Positions 57,324 to 64,000 of a stretch of DNA of 64,000 bases are shown here, one piece after another (position 1 is the first letter of the stretch; every line of letters starts with the position of its first letter). Source of the stretch: a virus. The position numbers were made by a program, and so were the translations under genes. Below the pieces are notes generated by a model. The model had not been told where the DNA came from. It saw only the letters and a program-made list of their open reading frames with translations, and did no database searches. Where the stretch lies: IMG/VR virus record IMGVR_UViG_3300046808_001301, one strand, 5' to 3'.

Positions 57324-57352
57324 AAAGGGGGAGCAATTGCTCCCCCTTTTTT
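57324..57352 (+). terminator. intrinsic terminator
   Basis: AAAGGGGGAGC-AATT-GCTCCCCCTTTTTT. Confidence 0.85.
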
Positions 57353-57389
57353 ATTGCTGTTGAAAATTCCTAAACATATAGGAGGATAT

Positions 57390-58475
57390 ATGGGCATGAG
57401 CAATCTAAAAGACATATTCGGCGACGTAGATAAATTAAACCCCGATGGCGGAATTCTTGATGATTCCACAATTTCAACTCCTTCTGATTGGATTGATACT
57501 GGGTCAAAAGCATTAAACGCTATCATTTCTGGTTCCCTATATAAAGGTGTGCCTGTAGGAAGAATTACAGGATTTGCTGGCCCATCTGGAGCAGGCAAAA
57601 CTCTTATTATCAACAAAGTGCTGGCCAACGCTCAAAAGAAGGGGTATATAGCTGTCATTTGGGATTCTGAAGTAGCTGTAGATAAACAAAGTGCAAAAAA
57701 CGTGGGGATGGACTTAAAGAAAACAAAATATTATCCAGTTGAAACAATTGAGGATTGCCGAAATCAAATTTCAACTTTCTTGGACAACGTCATTGCTGCA
57801 AACGATCCAGATCTCAAGTTCATTATCTCGATTGATTCACTTGGTAACCTTGCTTCTTCAAAAGAAATCGAAGATGCCCGTAAAGGGAAAGACGCAGCAG
57901 ATGTCGGTCAAAGAGCCAAAGCAACAAAAAGTATGATGAGATCAATTACTTACAAAGCTGCTAAAGCCGGAGTTCCAATTCTTTTTTCAAATCACATTTA
58001 TGAAGGTATGGAAATGTTTCCTTCGTTGATTAAGAATCAAGCTGGCGGCAAAGGTCCAATTTATTTAGCCTCTGTGCTAGTACAACTAGCAACCCGTAAT
58101 GAAAAAGTTTCTGAAAATCCTGAAGAGCAATCCATAGCTATAGCAAATAACGTTTCAGGAGTTACGATGAGTGCCATGACAGTAAAAAACCGTATAGTTC
58201 CGCCTTTTCTCAAAACAGAGCTGTATCTTAACTTTAAGACAGGACTTGATATAAATACTGGTTTGTTTGATTTGGCGTTAGCATTAGGAGTGATCGTACA
58301 ATCAGGCAAAACATATCAATTCGAAGGAGAGAGTGTTGGCTACCGTAAAAACATCGAAAAAGATCCTCAATTTTGGGAAAAGGTGTCTCCTATTCTTGAA
58401 GAAAAATTAAAAGAAGAACTTCGCTACGGAGCTGTTGATTCTGACGAAGCAACAGACGAAGGTGACAACGAATGA
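57390..58475 (+). CDS. uvsX: RecA/UvsX recombinase
   Basis: IDTGS.ALN.IISG, GPSGAGKT, DSE, IDSLG, GGKG; AGGAGG SD. Confidence 0.93.
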   Translation: MGMSNLKDIFGDVDKLNPDGGILDDSTISTPSDWIDTGSKALNAIISGSLYKGVPVGRITGFAGPSGAGKTLIINKVLANAQKKGYIAVIWDSEVAVDKQSAKNVGMDLKKTKYYPVETIEDCRNQISTFLDNVIAANDPDLKFIISIDSLGNLASSKEIEDARKGKDAADVGQRAKATKSMMRSITYKAAKAGVPILFSNHIYEGMEMFPSLIKNQAGGKGPIYLASVLVQLATRNEKVSENPEEQSIAIANNVSGVTMSAMTVKNRIVPPFLKTELYLNFKTGLDINTGLFDLALALGVIVQSGKTYQFEGESVGYRKNIEKDPQFWEKVSPILEEKLKEELRYGAVDSDEATDEGDNE

Positions 58476-59830
58476 GCAAACTCGCAAATCCACACAAGCT
58501 TGACTTAGACTATTTTGAAACAATTCTTCTTTATAATGCATTAAGCAATCCGGAGTATTTGAGTTCGATTGTTTCTCATATCGATCCTTTGTTGTTTAAC
58601 GACAAAAACGTAGGAAAAATAATTGAAAAAATTGGAACGTTTTTTAATGAGCGAGGAACAGTACCAACTGTTGCTGAATTAAAAGCTCGCATTACTTCAG
58701 AAGAAGACAAAAAAGCTTTAGCAGAAGTCAAACAAAAGTTAGGAAACGTTCAAGGACCGTTTAACAAAGACGAGTTAATTTTAAATACAGAAAAGTTTCT
58801 CAAAGAACGTTTTATATATAAAACAATATTAAATGTCGCAGAGAAGTTTTCTGATCAATCGTTTTCCATTGAAGAAACGCTAGTAGATTTTGAGAAAGCG
58901 TACAACATTACTCTTCATGAAGATTTAGGCCATTGGTACTTTGAAGATATTGACAAGCACGTCAAAGAACTCATTGCGATATATAATCCCGTTCCAACTG
59001 GATGGAAGTTTTTTGACGATAAAACGGAAGGTGGTTTATTTCCAAAAACTCTTACTGTTTTTGCTGGTCAAGTCAACGTAGGCAAATCAATCGTTCTCGG
59101 AAATATTGCAACCAACATGCTTTTGGCTGACAAAAACGTGCTGCTGATTTCTTTGGAAATGTCTGAGTTTATGTACGCAAAAAGAATTAGTACGCAACTA
59201 ACTCAGATTCCACACGGAGACTTGAAAACCTTTACAGACGAGCTAAAGGAACAAGTTAAACACATACAGAAAAATATAAATTCTAAATTGGTAGTAAAAG
59301 AATATCCACCTAAAACAGTAACAGTTAGACAAATTGATGGGTTCATTACAAAGTTAGCTCACAAAGGGTTTAAACCAGATATAGTCGTAGTGGACTATAT
59401 TAACCTAATTCAACCTGTTTCTAAAAACCTAAATTCTTACGAATATGTCAAGGAAATTTCTGAGCAGCTCAGAGCATTAGCATTTAAGTACAAAATACCT
59501 TTCGTATCAGCAACTCAGCTTAATAGAGGAGCTTTTAACACAGCTTCTCCGGGAATGGAAGGTATTTCTGAAAGCATTGGACTAGCTGCAACATGCGATG
59601 TAATCTGTTCGTTGTGGCAAGAAGAAGAAGACAGAGAATTGGGAATTATTAATATGGGAATGCAAAAAAACAGATTCGGTCCCAACTTTGGTAATGGAGC
59701 GTTTAAATGTAATTATAATACTCTCACGCTCAAAGAAACGAACAAAGATTACTTTGAGCCCGACGATTCTTCTGAAGATGTTGTCAACAACGCTAGTAAC
59801 GCTTTAAGTAAACTAACAAATGACGAGTGA
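58472..59830 (+). CDS. gp41: replicative DNA helicase (DnaB-like)
   Basis: PTGW, NVGKS, SLEMSE, KEYP, VDYINL, SATQLNR, KNRFG. Confidence 0.95.
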   Translation: MSKLANPHKLDLDYFETILLYNALSNPEYLSSIVSHIDPLLFNDKNVGKIIEKIGTFFNERGTVPTVAELKARITSEEDKKALAEVKQKLGNVQGPFNKDELILNTEKFLKERFIYKTILNVAEKFSDQSFSIEETLVDFEKAYNITLHEDLGHWYFEDIDKHVKELIAIYNPVPTGWKFFDDKTEGGLFPKTLTVFAGQVNVGKSIVLGNIATNMLLADKNVLLISLEMSEFMYAKRISTQLTQIPHGDLKTFTDELKEQVKHIQKNINSKLVVKEYPPKTVTVRQIDGFITKLAHKGFKPDIVVVDYINLIQPVSKNLNSYEYVKEISEQLRALAFKYKIPFVSATQLNRGAFNTASPGMEGISESIGLAATCDVICSLWQEEEDRELGIINMGMQKNRFGPNFGNGAFKCNYNTLTLKETNKDYFEPDDSSEDVVNNASNALSKLTNDE

Positions 59831-60704
59831 ACCAACAGTATTTTTTCACAAAGATCTAGACGGCATAGTTTCTTATTTGGTATTGTGTTGGGCTTTAGGA
59901 AAGAAGCTCAAATATATAGCCACTACTCCGATGAAATTGGAGCAAGACTTTGATGAATGGTGCAGTAAAAACAATGCTCCGTCTTTTTTCTTAGATTTAG
60001 ATGTATCAAAAATAGGAGCCAAGATCGATAAAAACACAACAATTGTTTTTGATCACCATAAGACTAATTTGTACAATTTTGCAAACGCTAAAACGCGTAT
60101 TTACAACGAAACCTCTTGTGCAAAATTGTTGTACGATTACTTCTTTAAAAACAAACCGGAAAAAACTACTAATTCTCAAAAAACACTAGTAGCTCTTGCT
60201 GATGATTGGGACTCAAATACAAAAGCCACTCCTTTGTCAGAGGATTTAAACATAGTGTACCACTCTCTTACAAACAAAGTCGAGTCATTTATAGAAGATT
60301 ATTACAAAGGGTTTTTTGCGTTTGATAAGTTTAAATTAAACACAATTCTTTTATACAAAAAACACAGACAAGAATATCTCAACAAACTCAATCCATTTTT
60401 TGGTAATATTGAATTTGAAGCCAACAAAGTGTTTGTTGGAGCAGTATTTTGCAACAAGTATGTCCAAGAATGTTGCGATTTTTTATTCAAACAATATAAT
60501 GTAGACGTTTCTATTGCTGTGATTATTGACCAAAAACGAATTGCTGTTAGACGGCATCCCAACAATACCACAATTGATGTATCAAAGTTCGTTCAAAGAA
60601 TTGCTAACGGAGGAGGACATGAAGCAGCTGCGGGAGGCAATCTTACAGAAGAATTTATGGAGTTTACCAAAATGTTGAAGCCTCAACATTCGGACGTTAA
60701 TTAA
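59820..60704 (+). CDS. DHH/DHHA1 phosphoesterase
   Basis: HKDLDG, LDL, FDHH, GGGHEAAAG. Confidence 0.88.
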   Translation: MTSEPTVFFHKDLDGIVSYLVLCWALGKKLKYIATTPMKLEQDFDEWCSKNNAPSFFLDLDVSKIGAKIDKNTTIVFDHHKTNLYNFANAKTRIYNETSCAKLLYDYFFKNKPEKTTNSQKTLVALADDWDSNTKATPLSEDLNIVYHSLTNKVESFIEDYYKGFFAFDKFKLNTILLYKKHRQEYLNKLNPFFGNIEFEANKVFVGAVFCNKYVQECCDFLFKQYNVDVSIAVIIDQKRIAVRRHPNNTTIDVSKFVQRIANGGGHEAAAGGNLTEEFMEFTKMLKPQHSDVN

Positions 60705-60708
60705 CCGA

Positions 60709-61047
60709 ATGAGTAAAAACGTATTTGCTGAATTAGGAAGCCCTGATTCTCTTCCTGTCAACCGAATACTTTCACAAGATTTTATTGAAGGGTTGAACAA
60801 AGCTGGCGCGTTGTTTTCAATGCTAGAAAACAAAAAAATAAACGCAACTGGGTTGTTCGGACTGTTGTTAGAAACCCCTTGCTATCAAGATTTTTTTGTC
60901 GAAATAACGGCTTCTGAAGATTTTAGAGATTCGATTCTTTCGTTGTTGTATTTGTATCCTTCTATTGTAAAATCTAAGATTACTAAAGCAACCATACGTA
61001 AGTTAAATGCAAAAAACTCTAACAGAATTAGAAAAATTACTTTATAA
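60709..61047 (+). CDS. hypothetical protein
   Basis: ORF. Confidence 0.65.
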   Translation: MSKNVFAELGSPDSLPVNRILSQDFIEGLNKAGALFSMLENKKINATGLFGLLLETPCYQDFFVEITASEDFRDSILSLLYLYPSIVKSKITKATIRKLNAKNSNRIRKITL

Positions 61048-61687
61048 CAAGCACTTAATTGTTTCGAGATCTTTAAAAAACAAACCGTTTAAAGTCAAAA
61101 AAACATTCGACGATATTATAGATACAGATAAACACAAATATTTGACTCGTTTATCTACTCTTTTTAAAAAACACCCTGAGATTAATCCTGACACGTTCTT
61201 CCAGGCTCCATATAAATTGTATCCAGATGTTGCTTATTTTGGACTTGATTACTTTTCAACTATGCGCGCAGTTAAGGCGTATACTACTTACAAAAAGACT
61301 ATTTTTTTACAAGATCCCGACAATCAAATAGACGACATTAAAAATTCTTTGGAATTTATAGTGAAATTTTGTGTAACAAACAAAATTTATTTGCATCAAT
61401 ACCCATTTCATCGCAACTCTGATGTATATACTTGGATGACACACTATAAAGAAAATAAAATTAACATTTATTCTGTAATGGAATTTTCTGATGTCTATTC
61501 GTCAGTGCAAAGTCTAGCAGAAGATGTACGAAAATTTTTTATTAGTGATTTTGTTGAGCAATTTAAAAACCTGTATATGCTCTATACTAAATCCCAAGTA
61601 CTAAAACCATACATGCAAAAGGCAATCCCACAATTAAACAATTTTATCAACAAACAGTTGACAAACCCAAAACATAATATAGACTAA
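61007..61687 (+). CDS. hypothetical protein (positional gp59 helicase-loader candidate)
   Basis: 226 aa, basic and aromatic, directly upstream of gp32. Confidence 0.4.
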   Translation: MQKTLTELEKLLYNKHLIVSRSLKNKPFKVKKTFDDIIDTDKHKYLTRLSTLFKKHPEINPDTFFQAPYKLYPDVAYFGLDYFSTMRAVKAYTTYKKTIFLQDPDNQIDDIKNSLEFIVKFCVTNKIYLHQYPFHRNSDVYTWMTHYKENKINIYSVMEFSDVYSSVQSLAEDVRKFFISDFVEQFKNLYMLYTKSQVLKPYMQKAIPQLNNFINKQLTNPKHNID

Positions 61688-61691
61688 ACAT

Positions 61692-62606
61692 ATGAGCACA
61701 TATAACACCAAATCCATGTTCGAAGCAATCAAACAATCTCTTTCTTCTGATAAGAAGGAAGGCAACGGTAACGGATTGTACAAAGAAATTCTTAAATTTG
61801 AATCCGGGAACACCTATCAAGTTCGCCTTGTTCCTAATCCAAACTCTCCTAAAGAAACTATCTTCCACTATTACAATCACGGGTGGAATTCTAACGCTAC
61901 TGGCAAATACGTAACAGCTCTTTGTCCGACTACTTTTGGAGAAAGCTGTCCTATTGACGCTTACTATCTTAAAACCTATCGTACGGGTACAGAATCTGAA
62001 AAAGAGTCAGCTAAGGTTCTTTCTCGCAAAGAAGGCTGGATGGTTAACGTGTATGTAATTTCAGATCCTTCTAATCCAGAGAACGAAGGCAAGGTTAAGA
62101 TTCTTCGCTATGGCAAAGAACTATCCAAAATTATTGAATCAGCTCTTGAAGGGGATGATGCTCAAGAGTTTGGAGTAGAAAAAGTGTTTGACGTAGTTGA
62201 AGGTTCTACTCTTCGCATTAAATGCGAACCTCGCACTAATAGTAATAGAAATGCTAAACAAATGGTAACCTATTCAGCTTCGAAGTTTCTTTCTCCATCT
62301 AAACTGGACTTGAATGACAAACAAGTAGACGAAATTTATAACTCCTTGCATGATCTTAAGGCAGTTAATAAACAAACTACTTCTGCTGAGATGCAACGTT
62401 TGCTCGACGAACACTTCTTTAATTTGACCGTAGGTTCTGCTCCAGAAGAAGAGGAAAACGATGAATACACTCCAATTAGAAACGAGCAGCCATCAAAAAC
62501 AGTAAAGACAGAAAATACAATTGAGTCTACATTTGAATCTTCAAGCGATGATGAGACAGACGAGTCTACTGACGAAAAACTCAAAAAGCTTCTTGCTGAT
62601 CTCTAA
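61692..62606 (+). CDS. gp32: single-stranded DNA binding protein
   Basis: VRLVP, H.W, CP.TFGESCPI, NVYVISDP.NPENEGKV, acidic tail ending LLADL. Confidence 0.9.
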   Translation: MSTYNTKSMFEAIKQSLSSDKKEGNGNGLYKEILKFESGNTYQVRLVPNPNSPKETIFHYYNHGWNSNATGKYVTALCPTTFGESCPIDAYYLKTYRTGTESEKESAKVLSRKEGWMVNVYVISDPSNPENEGKVKILRYGKELSKIIESALEGDDAQEFGVEKVFDVVEGSTLRIKCEPRTNSNRNAKQMVTYSASKFLSPSKLDLNDKQVDEIYNSLHDLKAVNKQTTSAEMQRLLDEHFFNLTVGSAPEEEENDEYTPIRNEQPSKTVKTENTIESTFESSSDDETDESTDEKLKKLLADL

Positions 62607-62623
62607 TTTTAGATTTTATACAT

Positions 62624-63271
62624 ATGGAATTAATTAAAAAAGCTAACGGTAATATTGTTCGAACTGCAGAAGAAAAAGCTCAAATGATTGAGCAAGCAGC
62701 TGAATATTATGGAAAATTCTTGACCTCTTTGGGGTTTGATTGGGCTGCAGATCCTCATTCTGCAAACACTCCACGAAGAGTAGCTAAGGCTTGGGTGAAC
62801 GATTTGATCTCTGGATCAATTAGTCCGGAGCCAGAAGTTACAGCGTTCCCGAACGATGAGGGATATACTGGACTAATTTGTCAAACTCGTATTCCAGTAG
62901 TCAGTATGTGTGCCCATCACAATCTAACCTTCCACGGTATGTGTCATGCTGCTTATATTCCAGGCAAGCAAACTACAGACATGGTTATTGGCTTGAGCAA
63001 GCTCAATCGTATTGTGGACTTTTATGCTCGCAGACCCAACATTCAGGAGAGCTTAACAAAGCAAATTCACGATCATATTAATAGCTTGTGTGTAGGTAAC
63101 AGAGGAGTCGCTGTTATTATTGAGAGCCAACATAACTGTGTAAAGTGCCGCGGAATCAAGCACGATAGTGTTATGAAGACGTCCCAGTTGTCAGGCTATT
63201 TTTATACTAACGAAGTTGGTAGCCGAGTAGAGCTATTTAACTTAATCGATCATAGTAGATTTGGGTCATAA
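62624..63271 (+). CDS. folE: GTP cyclohydrolase I
   Basis: TPRRVAK, SMCAHH, GLSKLNR, RRP.IQE.LT, H.C..CRG. Confidence 0.95.
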   Translation: MELIKKANGNIVRTAEEKAQMIEQAAEYYGKFLTSLGFDWAADPHSANTPRRVAKAWVNDLISGSISPEPEVTAFPNDEGYTGLICQTRIPVVSMCAHHNLTFHGMCHAAYIPGKQTTDMVIGLSKLNRIVDFYARRPNIQESLTKQIHDHINSLCVGNRGVAVIIESQHNCVKCRGIKHDSVMKTSQLSGYFYTNEVGSRVELFNLIDHSRFGS

Positions 63272-63330
63272 CAATGACCCTTATTGAAAAGATTAAATTT
63301 TTAATAACACGTATATATAATTCTTTTATT

Positions 63331-63762
63331 ATGATTTCTGAAGACAACATTGCAACAGCTCAAATAGCTCAATTGTTTGGGTCTGAACTTCTTAGAGTTC
63401 AAGAAGGAGCCAGGACAGACTCTGGCTCTCAGCCTAACATTCTCAACATCAACCCCAGACAATTTTTAGTCCCTGAACATTCTCATCAACAAAGATCGAT
63501 TAAAGCAGCAGAAGAACAAAGAATGGTAAAGCTTCTTCAACAAGAAGCTGAAGCGGCATATCCAGTAGCTTCCATTGAACAACTTCCTCCTCAACAAACG
63601 TTTCCAACTGTTCCAACCACTGTTTTTCCTCAATCCCCAAATATTTCTATGCCTTCCGATGCTCTTGAAAGAATTGCATCGAGCTTAGAAAGAATTGCTA
63701 TTCGTCTTGAAGGTGTGGACCTTTCTGTAAAAAAGCGTAAGGTTAGGCGTCCTACTAAATGA
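63331..63762 (+). CDS. hypothetical protein
   Basis: ORF; start uncertain. Confidence 0.65.
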   Translation: MISEDNIATAQIAQLFGSELLRVQEGARTDSGSQPNILNINPRQFLVPEHSHQQRSIKAAEEQRMVKLLQQEAEAAYPVASIEQLPPQQTFPTVPTTVFPQSPNISMPSDALERIASSLERIAIRLEGVDLSVKKRKVRRPTK

Positions 63763-64000
63763 ACATCACATTAAACAAAACGAACTTTGTTAACAACATA
63801 CTTACTCCTGCTTCTAAGTTAGCAGATAATTTATCTTTAGATTTTGTAAGCAATTCTAGCAATTCCATTACAAAAACTCTAGTTTCTTCCTCTGATAACT
63901 CCGTTATTTTTTTAGGAGAAGCAAATTGCAAATTTTCTGAGCCTTTTAAGTGTGTCGTGCCAGACTGTAAGACGTTTCTTCGTTTGTTCTCTAGTATCCA
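63759..64000 (+). CDS. 5' part of probable sliding clamp (gp45-like), truncated
   Basis: MNITLNKTNFVNNILTPASKLADN...; replication-cluster context. Confidence 0.45.
   Translation, partial: MNITLNKTNFVNNILTPASKLADNLSLDFVSNSSNSITKTLVSSSDNSVIFLGEANCKFSEPFKCVVPDCKTFLRLFSSI

Noticed and set aside
318-63081. Many minus-strand and alternate-frame ORFs overlapping assigned genes
   Set aside because: They are antisense or out-of-frame shadows with no motifs or promoters.
1-64000. CRISPR array, stop-codon recoding, inteins in PolB or helicase
   Set aside because: No regularly spaced repeats were seen, core genes are intact in code 11 with all three stops used and no suppressor tRNA, and protein lengths are normal.

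Overview
This window is part of a large, AT-rich, lytic T4-like (Straboviridae/Kyanoviridae-related) phage genome that infects a Gram-negative host, inferred from a spanin-type lipoprotein. Bases 1-17 kb are an accessory region of small ORFs. They include rtcB with two degenerate tRNA-like RNAs, three YopX paralogs, an MSDTPETD family, and seven unrelated proteins that share an N-terminal DQQLLEEAY leader, four of them directly behind late-type promoters. Bases 17-28 kb hold envelope proteins (two LysM proteins and a metzincin protease), a tmRNA with a 34-aa tag, 13 tRNAs (one at 16.8 kb), unassigned structured RNAs and a lysis cassette (u-spanin, holin, endolysin). Bases 28-64 kb hold the T4-like replication and recombination core (primase, UvsY, UvsW, gp55, gp47, gp46, PolB, UvsX, gp41, gp32, probable clamp), queD/queE/folE, and about 12 glycosyl- and methyltransferase genes. 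The most novel-looking items are the shared-leader (capsid-targeting-like) cargo family, the rtcB/pseudo-tRNA module, the long-tag tmRNA, several orphan structured RNAs, and widespread leaderless promoters with a TGTCC box. All calls come from reading motifs by eye; no database searches were run.
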